Of a stretch of 64,000 bases of DNA, positions 45,250 to 53,612 are shown piece by piece (position 1 is the stretch's first letter; each line of letters begins with the position of its first letter). The notes under the pieces were generated by a model that saw nothing but the letters and a program-made list of their open reading frames with translations, did no database searches and had not been told where the DNA came from. This DNA comes from a virus. The DNA lies in IMG/VR virus record IMGVR_UViG_3300021961_000020; one strand, 5' to 3'. The translations under genes and the position numbers were made by a program.

Positions 45250-45905
45250 TTAATATAACCTTCTTCTCTCAACCACTTCTCCGTCAAAGGTGTTGGTTCA
45301 TAGATCTCCCACATCTTACCAATAGAACATGCTTGTAGTGCTTTCATGGTCATGCCTTCTGTCTTACCTGCCCATGTTGCTTCTGCTTCAAACGGTACAG
45401 CAGATTTTGGATAAGTCTTTTCTACAATCTCACGCCAGAGAGGAGGAACCATTTCCTCTGGATGAATAAGAGCAATCAAACTATTGTTGATAGTTCCTGC
45501 CATACAATCCTGGGCAGCATGCCATCCTTCATGCCTCATTACACTCATCAGTGTAGAGTAACGCTTAACCAATGTAGCATTGAGGAAGAAGTTATTACTG
45601 ACAGTATGATACACACCACGATGACCAGGAGGAAAGTATTTCTCTGGGGCAATGTAAACTTTGACACCAACCTTGCCCAATGCTGTCATCATCTCATTGA
45701 ACTCAGTCCTGACAGGTTCAAGCATCTCATGCTTGGCATAGTATTTGGCAATGTCTCTTGCCTTTTTAATCTCCACGACGCCATCTGTACATTCACGCAC
45801 GAGCATACAACCCATGGCATCCATCGTATACCAACCTTTAGTCGGTTCCGCAGCTGCCGACAAAGGAGTTAGTGCCATCATCATGGCAAGGAGAAGTTTT
45901 TTCAT
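45246..45905 (-). CDS. Exported conserved cyanophage protein with HExxH zincin motif
   Basis: Signal peptide; MRHEGWHAAQDC; downstream EAEA. Confidence 0.7.
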   Translation of the reverse strand: MKKLLLAMMMALTPLSAAAEPTKGWYTMDAMGCMLVRECTDGVVEIKKARDIAKYYAKHEMLEPVRTEFNEMMTALGKVGVKVYIAPEKYFPPGHRGVYHTVSNNFFLNATLVKRYSTLMSVMRHEGWHAAQDCMAGTINNSLIALIHPEEMVPPLWREIVEKTYPKSAVPFEAEATWAGKTEGMTMKALQACSIGKMWEIYEPTPLTEKWLREEGYIK

Positions 45906-46183
45906 ACTCTGAAATGAATGAGTTCTGATTCTGGTAGAGATTGTTGAACAGCGATTTCTTGTCCACCAATAGTAATTTTTGCTGGAGGAAGACCTTGTTG
46001 TCCAGGAAGTTGTTTGTCTGTTGTTGCTGAAACAGTAATGACTTGATCCATAATAAACTTCTGCTTCCTATAAGTCCTTTCGGTAGGACGCAATTCACAA
46101 AGCATTTTGGCATCACTCTCATCACCACAGTGAGCGATGACTTTACCAGTACTATATTCAACGACTACCCAATAATCAAACAT
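45902..46183 (-). CDS. Conserved hypothetical protein
   Basis: AHCG.E.DA, RTYRK...FI.DQVI.V. Confidence 0.65.
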   Translation of the reverse strand: MFDYWVVVEYSTGKVIAHCGDESDAKMLCELRPTERTYRKQKFIMDQVITVSATTDKQLPGQQGLPPAKITIGGQEIAVQQSLPESELIHFRV

Positions 46184-46208
46184 AAAAAAGAAGGGTATAT
46201 ACCCTTCT
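46184..46208 (-). terminator. Intrinsic terminator
   Basis: Perfect 20-bp palindrome AGAAGGGTATATACCCTTCT followed by TTTTT on the minus strand. Confidence 0.65.
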
Positions 46209-46242
46209 AATTATAACAGATAAAGATAGTGTCTGCAATATC

Positions 46243-46365
46243 TTATCCGAAATACATTACGGAAAGAGTGAAGACAACGAAAATGATGACTGTAAAGATC
46301 ATCAAACCTACACCTGCCCAGGTAATCCAGTTAGGCATAGGTTCATATGGTCTGTTGTTAGACAT
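46243..46365 (-). CDS. Small membrane protein (40 aa, not in ORF track)
   Basis: Hand-translated [40 protein letters not shown]; TGATG coupling to psbD. Confidence 0.6.
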   Translation of the reverse strand: MSNNRPYEPMPNWITWAGVGLMIFTVIIFVVFTLSVMYFG

Positions 46366-47420
46366 CAGAGAGCGTTGCCACGAGGTAGAACTTCTTCTGG
46401 GAAGATAAAGTTCTCATGTGGTTGGTCAACAGATGCCATCCAGTTACGAAGACCTTCATTCAAGAGAATGTTCTTGGTATAGAATGTCTCGAACTCTGGA
46501 TCTTCTGCTGCTCTGATTTCTTGTGATACGAAGTCATAAGCACGGAGATTGAGAGCGAGACCAATGATACCAATAGAACTAACCCAAAGACCCATGACGG
46601 GTACAAAAAGCATAAAGAAGTGAAGCCAACGCTTATTACTAAAGGCAATGCCGAATATCTGTGACCAGAAACGGTTAGCAGTAACCATCGAATAGGTTTC
46701 TTCTTCTTGAGTTGTATCAAATGCTTTAAAAGTGTTTGCCTGATCACTGTCCTCATACAAAGTATTCTCTACTGTAACACCATGAATGGCAGAAAGCAAT
46801 GCTCCACCAAGGATACCTGCTACGCCCATCATATGAAAAGGATTCAGGGTCCAGTTGTGGAATCCTTGGAGGAAGAGCAGGAACCTGAAGATTGCTGCGA
46901 CCCCGAAGGAGGGGGCAAAGAACCAGCTGCTTTGACCGAGGGGATAGATAAGGAAAACGCTAACGAAGACAGCAATAGGACCAGAGAAAGCAATAGCATT
47001 GTAAGGACGAATTCCAACGAGACGGGCAATTTCAAACTGCCGAAGCATAAAACCTATGAGAGCAAAGGCTCCGTGGAGCGCCACAAAAGGCCAGAGTCCC
47101 CCAAGTTGGCACCAGCGGACGAAATCTCCCTGAGACTCAGGACCCCAAAGTAGAAGAAGAGAATGACCCATAGCGTCAGCAGGGCTTGACACAGCTGCTG
47201 TAAGGAAATTGCAGCCCTCAAGGTAAGAAGACGCAATCCCGTGGGTATACCAGCTTGTAACAAACGCCGTGCCAGTAAGCCAGCCACCAATTGCAAGATA
47301 AGCAGTGGGAAAAAGTAGTAATCCAGACCAACCCACAAAGACAAAGCGATCCCTTTTAAGCCAGTCATCGAGGACATCGAACCACCCCCTCTGCGGAATT
47401 GTTAGTGTACTTGTTGTCAT
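46365..47420 (-). CDS. psbD: Photosystem II D2 protein
   Basis: [23 protein letters not shown]...[10 protein letters not shown]. Confidence 0.99.
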   Translation of the reverse strand: MTTSTLTIPQRGWFDVLDDWLKRDRFVFVGWSGLLLFPTAYLAIGGWLTGTAFVTSWYTHGIASSYLEGCNFLTAAVSSPADAMGHSLLLLWGPESQGDFVRWCQLGGLWPFVALHGAFALIGFMLRQFEIARLVGIRPYNAIAFSGPIAVFVSVFLIYPLGQSSWFFAPSFGVAAIFRFLLFLQGFHNWTLNPFHMMGVAGILGGALLSAIHGVTVENTLYEDSDQANTFKAFDTTQEEETYSMVTANRFWSQIFGIAFSNKRWLHFFMLFVPVMGLWVSSIGIIGLALNLRAYDFVSQEIRAAEDPEFETFYTKNILLNEGLRNWMASVDQPHENFIFPEEVLPRGNAL

Positions 47421-47514
47421 TAGTTTTAACCTTTGAATCTTTTAACCAGTATAACTGAGGGTAAGTATCCATAATTATTTCCCTCAATTTGTATGGAGTA
47501 TCTGTACTAATCAT
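47365..47514 (-). CDS. Small ORF between psbA and psbD (start [10 protein letters not shown])
   Basis: 49-aa frame after the psbA terminator, overlapping the psbD 5' end. Confidence 0.45.
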   Translation of the reverse strand: MISTDTPYKLREIIMDTYPQLYWLKDSKVKTNDNKYTNNSAEGVVRCPR

Positions 47515-47518
47515 TGGA

Positions 47519-47546
47519 GAAAAAAAGGGGACCGATCGGCCCCCTA
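47519..47546 (-). terminator. Intrinsic terminator after psbA
   Basis: GGGGGCCGATCGGTCCCC followed by TTTTTTT on the minus strand. Confidence 0.7.
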
Positions 47547-47587
47547 GTTGTTTTCTTAATAAACGGTGTTTATTATGAATCCGAGTA

Positions 47588-48670
47588 TCAACCGATAGCA
47601 GGTGCTTGGAGTGCCACAGGAGTGGACTCAGCAGCAGCAAGGTCAAGAGGGAAGTTGTGAGCATTACGCTCGTGCATGACTTCCATACCCAGACCAGCAC
47701 GATTGAGAACATCTGCCCAAGTGTTGATCACTTTACCCTGACTATCAACGATAGACTGGTTGAAGTTGAAACCGTTCAGGTTAAAAGCCATAGTGCTGAC
47801 ACCAAGAGCAGTAAACCAGATACCGACCACTGGCCAAGCAGCAAGGAAGAAGTGAAGAGAACGAGAATTATTAAAGGAAGCATACTGGAAGATCAGACGA
47901 CCAAAGTATCCATGAGCAGCAACAATGTTATAGGTCTCTTCTTCTTGACCGAACTTGTAACCATAGTTCTGAGACTCATTCTCGGTGGTTTCACGAACCA
48001 GCGAGGAAGTAACCAGAGAACCGTGCATTGCACTGAACAGAGAACCACCGAAGACACCAGCAACTCCAAGCATGTGGAAGGGGTGCATCAGAATGTTGTG
48101 CTCTGCTTGGAAGACAAGCATGTAGTTGAAAGTACCACTGATACCCAGGGGCATCGCATCAGAGAAAGAACCTTGACCGAAAGGATAGACCAGGAATACA
48201 GCAGAAGCAGCAGCAACAGGAGCACTGTAAGCAACGCAGATCCAAGGACGCATACCCAGACGATAGGACAGTTCCCACTCACGACCCATGTAGGCATAGA
48301 TGCCGATCAGGAAGTGGAAGACAACCAGTTGGAAAGGACCACCATTGTAAAGCCATTCATCAAGGGATGCGGCTTCCCAAATGGGATAGAAGTGAAGTCC
48401 AATTGCGTTAGAAGAGGGGATAACAGCACCAGAGATGATGTTGTTACCATACATCAGCGAACCAGCAACGGGTTCACGGATTCCATCGATATCGACGGGA
48501 GGTGCCGCGATGAATGCGACGATGAAACAAATGGTAGCGGCAAGGAGGCAAGGAATCATGAGGACTCCGAACCAACCAACATACAGACGATTGTCAGTGC
48601 TGGTGACCCATTCGCAGAATTGTTCCCAAGCAGTATTCGATTGTTGTTTTTGTGAAAGTGTAGCAGTCAT
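47588..48670 (-). CDS. psbA: Photosystem II D1 protein (intron-less, Glu130 form)
   Basis: [52 protein letters not shown]. Confidence 0.99.
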   Translation of the reverse strand: MTATLSQKQQSNTAWEQFCEWVTSTDNRLYVGWFGVLMIPCLLAATICFIVAFIAAPPVDIDGIREPVAGSLMYGNNIISGAVIPSSNAIGLHFYPIWEAASLDEWLYNGGPFQLVVFHFLIGIYAYMGREWELSYRLGMRPWICVAYSAPVAAASAVFLVYPFGQGSFSDAMPLGISGTFNYMLVFQAEHNILMHPFHMLGVAGVFGGSLFSAMHGSLVTSSLVRETTENESQNYGYKFGQEEETYNIVAAHGYFGRLIFQYASFNNSRSLHFFLAAWPVVGIWFTALGVSTMAFNLNGFNFNQSIVDSQGKVINTWADVLNRAGLGMEVMHERNAHNFPLDLAAAESTPVALQAPAIG

Positions 48671-48674
48671 TGTT

Positions 48675-48800
48675 AGTAGACAGATAGTAAGACCATCAGG
48701 GAAATGGTGGAGATACTATGCTCCCCGCACCCTTAGCGGGGATATGAGAGACGGATTTGTGACCCAGCCTAGTCTCGGTCAAGCGGCAGGGAAGTAATGT
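48675..48800 (-). ncRNA. PhotoRC-II-like structured psbA leader
   Basis: Minus strand GACCGAGAC...CCGTCTCTCATATCCCCGC-TAAGGGT-GCGGGGAGCATAGT...ACCATTTCCCTGATGGTCTTAC, resembling the cyanophage psbA 5' UTR motif. Confidence 0.6.
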
Positions 48801-48819
48801 TGCGAATCCTTAAAGGTCC

Positions 48820-48870
48820 GTTACATTTGTTTACTTATTTATTGTAGCATCCAGGTTAGAGACCTGTCAA
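48820..48870 (-). promoter_or_regulatory. psbA promoter: TTGACA-N18-TACAAT + late box ATAAATA + HLR1-like direct repeat
   Basis: -35 at 48865-70, -10 at 48841-46, ATAAATA at 48836-42, GTTACATT-TG-TTTACTTA at 48820-37 (+). Confidence 0.6.
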
Positions 48871-49968
48871 GGGATGTACATTGTCAATCCAGTTACGGAA
48901 ATAGGTGGTGTACCAATGACCATAAGTAGGTGTATCGTCATTGATCAGTTCAAGTCTTGACTTAGACTTTGCATCAGTGATGAAATCGAAGAACCGCTGA
49001 TCATAAGAATGAGAGCGACTCATCTCCTCCGCTGCTGACCAGAACATTGTAGCATACTTAGACCCGTTAGCGTAATGCCAGAGGATGAAATTCTGTACCT
49101 CTTCGACATCTGTCACAAGCTCTTGGAGGATCGACCTCTTTGATCTTCCATCAAAGATCCATTGGCAAACTAAAGAAGTCCAACGATAGTATGTTTCAAC
49201 CGAACTCGCTTCTAATGGTTCGATAAACAACAACCTATTACCATTCAAGATAACCTTATCATTTTGAATTGGTTTCCTGGCAAGATAGTTATTGAAATGC
49301 AAAGTATCGGTCGGAGTAACACCAAACATTTTTTGTATGTTTACTTTTGCTTCTTCATTGGAAGTGTATTTGTTGTTGTACAAATATCCATACGAAGTAA
49401 ATCCTTTGTTGGGTATGCCGAAGCACCACCCGTCTGGAGTAGCAATACAACGAGTCCAGTGCTGATCAGGATCTCTGTAACTGTCCCGACCTAAGACAAC
49501 ACTGTTCAAAGGATTCTTAAGGATGTTGTAATAAGAAAAATCTTTAGGAGTTCCTCTACAGTCAAAGACATAATCGCAATCCAATTCATTGCAATCATCA
49601 ACATGTCTTTCTATAAATTTACATACCTTCTTTGCAATCATACACTCTCTCAGTTTGTCTGGAGAGTAGTGTATTGCCATGTAATCCATGGGAAATGGGT
49701 TGAAGAACTTATCTTTCTTCTTTCCCCATCCCTCATACAAAATTCCTGATTTAAATGTGGCGTCGATCTCATTGTTATACCAATCGACACCAAGAATCTC
49801 ATGAATAAGACCGACAAAGTTTACTAAAGATCCCTGTCCTACTTTCTCAATAGGAATCTTAGGATCGTAATAAACTTCAATCTCTACATCTTGACCGTAA
49901 GTTTCTCTAATCAAAAATAGGGCAACGACTAAACCGCCGTTGCCCCCACCAACAACACCAATTTTCAT
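48856..49968 (-). CDS. Flavin-dependent halogenase (tryptophan-halogenase/PrnA family)
   Basis: VVGGGNGG FAD motif, ATFKSGI (catalytic Lys position), GWCFGIP (variant WxWxIP), FIEPLEAS. Confidence 0.8.
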   Translation of the reverse strand: MKIGVVGGGNGGLVVALFLIRETYGQDVEIEVYYDPKIPIEKVGQGSLVNFVGLIHEILGVDWYNNEIDATFKSGILYEGWGKKKDKFFNPFPMDYMAIHYSPDKLRECMIAKKVCKFIERHVDDCNELDCDYVFDCRGTPKDFSYYNILKNPLNSVVLGRDSYRDPDQHWTRCIATPDGWCFGIPNKGFTSYGYLYNNKYTSNEEAKVNIQKMFGVTPTDTLHFNNYLARKPIQNDKVILNGNRLLFIEPLEASSVETYYRWTSLVCQWIFDGRSKRSILQELVTDVEEVQNFILWHYANGSKYATMFWSAAEEMSRSHSYDQRFFDFITDAKSKSRLELINDDTPTYGHWYTTYFRNWIDNVHPLTGL

Positions 49969-50129
49969 TGAGAATACTCTTTTAACACATCAAGAACTTT
50001 GTTCAAAGCATCATGAGCTCCATCATGCCAGTCACCATTCTTAGCGTAATGCTGTCCATTATAGAGTTCATTCTTTAATCTGTAAACTCTATACAAGAGA
50101 TCATTCTTTGTCACGATACTTCTAGGCAT
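49965..50129 (-). CDS. Small hypothetical protein (54 aa, not in ORF track)
   Basis: Hand-translated MPRSIVTKNDLLYRVYRLKNELYNGQHYAKNGDWHDGAHDALNKVLDVLKEYSQ; ATGA overlap. Confidence 0.6.
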   Translation of the reverse strand: MPRSIVTKNDLLYRVYRLKNELYNGQHYAKNGDWHDGAHDALNKVLDVLKEYSQ

Positions 50130-50131
50130 AA

Positions 50132-50398
50132 TTAAGGAAGGGGGAGAGCAGGACCAGTTACTTTAGGCATCTCTGGCATAGCACCACTGATCATGCCAGG
50201 GAGTGCTTCTGTTACTGATGCTGTGACTTGCTCGATTGCTTGCTTCTTTGCTGCTTCAATCATAGCATCCTTATTGAGGAGCACATATGCGCTACCACCA
50301 ATGAGGGCAGCAGAAGTAAGACCAGAAAGCAGTGCAATAACATTGATTAGTTTTTGCATCATGCTATTAGAAAGGGACACCTTATATAGGTGTCCCAA
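50132..50398 (-). CDS. Conserved membrane-anchored hypothetical protein
   Basis: MQKLIN.IAL.S...TM helix; ..ALPG. Confidence 0.65.
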   Translation of the reverse strand: MGHLYKVSLSNSMMQKLINVIALLSGLTSAALIGGSAYVLLNKDAMIEAAKKQAIEQVTASVTEALPGMISGAMPEMPKVTGPALPLP

Positions 50399-50401
50399 AT
50401 A

Positions 50402-50950
50402 TTACTCTTCGTCTTCTTCTTCGAGACCCAAATGTTCTTTGATCCTCTTATAAACATTCAGAGGAGTTGATTCTTCATAAGGATCTCCCACATAATTGTG
50501 TGATAGACCTTCTTCATCGAACATCAGTTCAATCTCACCGTCAACAACATAAGCAGCATAACGCCAAGAACGATTACCGAATCCGATGTTAGTTTTCTTA
50601 ACGAGCATGCCAATGCCATCGGCAAGTTCAGCATTCCCGTCAGGAATCATTTCAACTTTAGTAATCTCAAGAGACTTTGCCCATGCTTCCATCACATAGT
50701 CGTCGTTAACACTGGTGCAATAGATTGCATCAATACCAAGATCCTTGACGAACTTATCGTAGAGATCTTCATATGCGGGAAGCATTTCGTTGGTGCAGGT
50801 AGGAGTAAATGCACCAGGAAGTCCGAACAGAATTACTTTCTTTCCAGCAAAGTAATCTGCAGTATCAACGATTTGATACTTCTCCATCTCACCATTCTCA
50901 TCAGGAACAGGAGATCCTTGAAGGTGGAATCTTGCGTGGGGAATTCTCAT
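50402..50950 (-). CDS. Peroxiredoxin (Prx5/redoxin family)
   Basis: FGLPGAFTPTC, SVND.YVM.AW, DGN, GFG.RSWRYA. Confidence 0.93.
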   Translation of the reverse strand: MRIPHARFHLQGSPVPDENGEMEKYQIVDTADYFAGKKVILFGLPGAFTPTCTNEMLPAYEDLYDKFVKDLGIDAIYCTSVNDDYVMEAWAKSLEITKVEMIPDGNAELADGIGMLVKKTNIGFGNRSWRYAAYVVDGEIELMFDEEGLSHNYVGDPYEESTPLNVYKRIKEHLGLEEEDEE

Positions 50951-50951
50951 A

Positions 50952-51071
50952 TCACCAAATGCCAGGAATCAGTTGACCAGTTGTAATGTAAGCACCGACA
51001 CCAGCAACGAAACCAATCATTGCCAGGCGAGCATTGAGGATCTCTGCCTCAGGAGTAAAGAGTTTTTTCAT
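50952..51071 (-). CDS. hli: High-light-inducible protein (39 aa, not in ORF track)
   Basis: Hand-translated MKKLFTPEAEILNARLAMIGFVAGVGAYITTGQLIPGIW; E..N.R.AM and TGQ.IPG motifs. Confidence 0.92.
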   Translation of the reverse strand: MKKLFTPEAEILNARLAMIGFVAGVGAYITTGQLIPGIW

Positions 51072-51201
51072 AGTGCTTGTGGAGTTTAGGAACAAGATAT
51101 GGACGGGAGAAAACTTGTTTAAGGGACATAGTTTTCAATTCTTCTTTTTGTTCTGGGGATAGAGAACCCCAACGAAGACGAGCCAGAATATTCTTAAGCA
51201 T
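51049..51201 (-). CDS. Small hypothetical protein (50 aa)
   Basis: Hand-translated [23 protein letters not shown]...; fills the gap between neighbours. Confidence 0.45.
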   Translation of the reverse strand: MLKNILARLRWGSLSPEQKEELKTMSLKQVFSRPYLVPKLHKHYEKTLYS

Positions 51202-51439
51202 TATATGGATGTTTTTGTTTCAGATTAGGATCAGGAATACTGTCTACTTTTTCTCTGGCAGGTTTGATGACAATGAACTTATCATTCTTGAGAGTGCCAG
51301 CAATCTGAACCTGAAGTTGATCTTCAGAAGACCATGCACCAGAATCAACTAATTTTTCTAAAGCGATTGCTAGTTGTCCAAGCATGTCAGCGGTAACGCT
51401 ATTGACTGGGACAGAAGCAGATGGAGCGAATGACTTCAC
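51194..51439 (-). CDS. Conserved hypothetical protein
   Basis: MLGQL.IALE...W....[16 protein letters not shown]. Confidence 0.65.
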   Translation of the reverse strand: MKSFAPSASVPVNSVTADMLGQLAIALEKLVDSGAWSSEDQLQVQIAGTLKNDKFIVIKPAREKVDSIPDPNLKQKHPYNA

Positions 51440-51729
51440 AGGTTTTCTTCCTGCTCAGTAAGAATCACACAGTCGCTGGTGGGATATGCCACACAGGTAA
51501 GCACCCAACCTTCAGCGATTTGATCATCGTCAAGGAAGGATTGCTCTTCGTTATCTACGGTGCCAGAGATGAGTTTCCCTGCACAAGCACTACAAGCGCC
51601 TGCTTTGCACGACGAAGGGAGGTCAACGCCTGCCTCTTCTGCTGCTTCAAGAATGTACTGATCTTCAGGACATTCGATTTTAGTCTCAGTTCCATCAGGA
51701 GATTGGAGAGTAACGCTGTAAATGGTCAT
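51436..51729 (-). CDS. petF: Plant-type [2Fe-2S] ferredoxin (start trimmed to MTIYSV)
   Basis: [25 protein letters not shown]...[21 protein letters not shown]. Confidence 0.96.
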   Translation of the reverse strand: MTIYSVTLQSPDGTETKIECPEDQYILEAAEEAGVDLPSSCKAGACSACAGKLISGTVDNEEQSFLDDDQIAEGWVLTCVAYPTSDCVILTEQEENL

Positions 51730-51815
51730 CAGTAAGTGTCGCAAACTTTTTCAACGGATGCTGCCAGGAGAACGAACCAGGCAACAGATACCATTGTAAA
51801 GAAAACTGAAGTCAT
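51729..51815 (-). CDS. Small membrane peptide (28 aa)
   Basis: Hand-translated [28 protein letters not shown]; TGATG coupling to petF. Confidence 0.45.
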   Translation of the reverse strand: MTSVFFTMVSVAWFVLLAASVEKVCDTY

Positions 51816-51829
51816 TGTCAAATCCATTG

Positions 51830-52033
51830 TCAGAAAATGCCAAAAAAGAGTTTACCAGTAGCGAGGTAAGATACAGCACCAAAGATGATGCCCATCATTG
51901 CCCAACGACCATTATACATCTCCGTGGTCTGCATAGGGGTCAGCAGTCCCTTACGGTTGTACTCTTGATAAACCATCTCGGGCTCCTTTGCCCACATATT
52001 CATCTGTCCGTTTTCATTAGTAGTTACGGTCAT
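51830..52033 (-). CDS. hli: High-light-inducible protein (extended N-terminus; start MTVTT)
   Basis: NMWAKEP..., TEMYNGRWAMMG, ATGKLFFGIF. Confidence 0.9.
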   Translation of the reverse strand: MTVTTNENGQMNMWAKEPEMVYQEYNRKGLLTPMQTTEMYNGRWAMMGIIFGAVSYLATGKLFFGIF

Positions 52034-52057
52034 GATCTGTTTGTAAAGATTTACAAC

Positions 52058-52097
52058 ATTATATAGCAAAAAGAAAGGGGTGTCAAGCACCCCTTGT
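52058..52097 (-). promoter_or_regulatory. Perfect consensus sigma70 promoter TTGACA-N17-TATAAT overlapping a terminator hairpin
   Basis: Minus strand AAGGGGTGC-TTGACA-CCCCTTTCTTTTTGCTA-TATAAT. Confidence 0.8.
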
Positions 52098-52128
52098 TAT
52101 TGTATCCTGACAGACTAAGTATTAATAC

Positions 52129-52269
52129 TTAGCGTTTATAGTTTGGATTTTTTCTAAGAAAATTTCTGACATAAGAGTCAGAATCTATATCCATTTTGTA
52201 GTGGGCATGAAGGTGTACTCCTTCTATCACTACAAATGTTGTTAATAGAAAGAGTACAGCCCACTTCAT
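52129..52269 (-). CDS. Small membrane/exported protein (46 aa, not in ORF track)
   Basis: Hand-translated MKWAVLFLLTTFVVIEGVHLHAHYKMDIDSDSYVRNFLRKNPNYKR. Confidence 0.55.
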   Translation of the reverse strand: MKWAVLFLLTTFVVIEGVHLHAHYKMDIDSDSYVRNFLRKNPNYKR

Positions 52270-52272
52270 TTA

Positions 52273-52644
52273 TCAGAAGGTGAACTTCAGACCAGCCTTA
52301 GTGCCGTAGGAACGATCAACACCAGCAACGCCGCTGCCCAGGAAGGAAACTTCGCCGTAAGCAGACAGTTGCTCGGTCAGACCAGCGGAAAGACCAGCCT
52401 TACCAGAGGGAACGGTGTCAGAAGCACCGCCGTCAGGAGCAACGATGGTAGCACCAGCTTGGACATACCAACCAGCGGATTCGCCCAGAGCGCCTTCGTA
52501 GCCAACATGGGTGTCAATGTTGGTGCCAGAGTAGTTGGAACCAGTGAAACCAGAGTTGGCTTCGACATTCACATAAGGACCTGCCATAGCAGCGCCAGCG
52601 AAAAGGGGAGCAGCAGCCAGAGCTGCGATAGTGGACTTAAGCAT
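52273..52644 (-). CDS. Small outer-membrane beta-barrel-like protein
   Basis: Signal peptide, amphipathic beta strands, C-terminal ...KAGLKFTF aromatic BAM signal. Confidence 0.7.
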   Translation of the reverse strand: MLKSTIAALAAAPLFAGAAMAGPYVNVEANSGFTGSNYSGTNIDTHVGYEGALGESAGWYVQAGATIVAPDGGASDTVPSGKAGLSAGLTEQLSAYGEVSFLGSGVAGVDRSYGTKAGLKFTF

Positions 52645-52775
52645 TTGAAAAAACCTCGTTAAAATTTACTTGCGGAGTGATTACCCGCAGATGATGGATC
52701 GGATTCGACTTCCCGATCGCATTTAAAGATTATAGCACAGAATGGAGCGCGAGTAGTTGAGGCGGTCATTCCATG

Positions 52776-52807
52776 AACTGTCACATGTGACAGTTGTAAT
52801 ATTTATA
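52776..52807 (-). promoter_or_regulatory. Late promoter TATAAATA followed by a perfect 20-bp palindrome
   Basis: TATAAATA at 52800-07 (minus); AACTGTCACATGTGACAGTT at 52776-95. Confidence 0.6.
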
Positions 52808-52811
52808 CATA

Positions 52812-53612
52812 TTACTTCCCTTCAAAACCAGGGGGTAACCGACCAAGGTAAGGATTGAGATCGAAGAACTGATTCCAATCTTCAACCATGTTAGCATCGT
52901 TCCTCCAGAAATTCCAAAGGGCATCATGACAATTACGATGGAACACATCGATATGCATGTCATGAATGTCTGACCCAAGAGCAATCTTATACATTAAGAT
53001 TGGCATGGCATAGGTCAGACCACTGTTGTAGAGAAGATCATCAGCAACAGCGCGTGGTTTAATTCTACCATCTAGTTTGTACTTCCCATTCTTAGTATAA
53101 AGATCGAGAAGTTTATGACCATACCTGCGATTAATGACATAGGCAGCTGTTGAAAAGTCATTTACGAAGCGATAATGCATCTGCATGACAGGCATCGCAG
53201 GGTTGATGATTGCAATCTGGAGACAATCCCATGCAGCAGGTGCATGGCGAAAGAAATCTTTCCAAGAAAATGGCCAATGCTTGACCACTTCTAGATCGCA
53301 ATCATCTTCCATCATTATAGCATAATCATCAGTGGAAGTTTCCAACCAATGTTGAATTGCTTTGAGGTGAGAAGTTACACAACCAATCTCACCCGATGAC
53401 ATATTGTCTGGATATTTACCAGCAATAATATCACTCAGGTCATCATGACGACCGTCATAGGCAGAGATCCTAGTATGTTTTTCAATTTGCCAATATGCAA
53501 ATTGATCTTCCATAAACTTACGACGATCTGTTTTATCGTCTAAGTTCAACCAATAGATATGAGGAATGTCTTTGAGTTTTGGTGCAGATTTATTTTTGTC
53601 CATGCTTAGCAA
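52812..53612 (-). CDS. Glycosyltransferase family 25-like
   Basis: YWLNLD...DRR..M..QF, R.SA.DG, GEIGC..SHL, MEDD. Confidence 0.8.
   Translation of the reverse strand: MLSMDKNKSAPKLKDIPHIYWLNLDDKTDRRKFMEDQFAYWQIEKHTRISAYDGRHDDLSDIIAGKYPDNMSSGEIGCVTSHLKAIQHWLETSTDDYAIMMEDDCDLEVVKHWPFSWKDFFRHAPAAWDCLQIAIINPAMPVMQMHYRFVNDFSTAAYVINRRYGHKLLDLYTKNGKYKLDGRIKPRAVADDLLYNSGLTYAMPILMYKIALGSDIHDMHIDVFHRNCHDALWNFWRNDANMVEDWNQFFDLNPYLGRLPPGFEGK

Noticed and set aside
47365-47712. 115-aa minus-strand ORF as called in the track
   Set aside because: Its 5' part overlaps the psbA 3' end and terminator; only the portion from ATG 47514 is plausible
47606-48655. 349-aa + strand ORF antisense to psbA
   Set aside because: Fully overlaps a highly conserved gene with no recognisable motifs; typical shadow frame from codon bias
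46365-48670. Possible introns or homing endonuclease in or near psbA/psbD
   Set aside because: Both genes are uninterrupted and full length; no HNH/GIY-YIG/endoVII-type ORF adjacent
52041-52056. TTGTAAA-GA-TTTACAA palindrome below the hli -10, considered as an NtcA or HLR1 site
   Set aside because: GTA-TAC spacing is 6, not 8 (not NtcA), and the half-sites are inverted rather than direct (not HLR1); operator role unsupported
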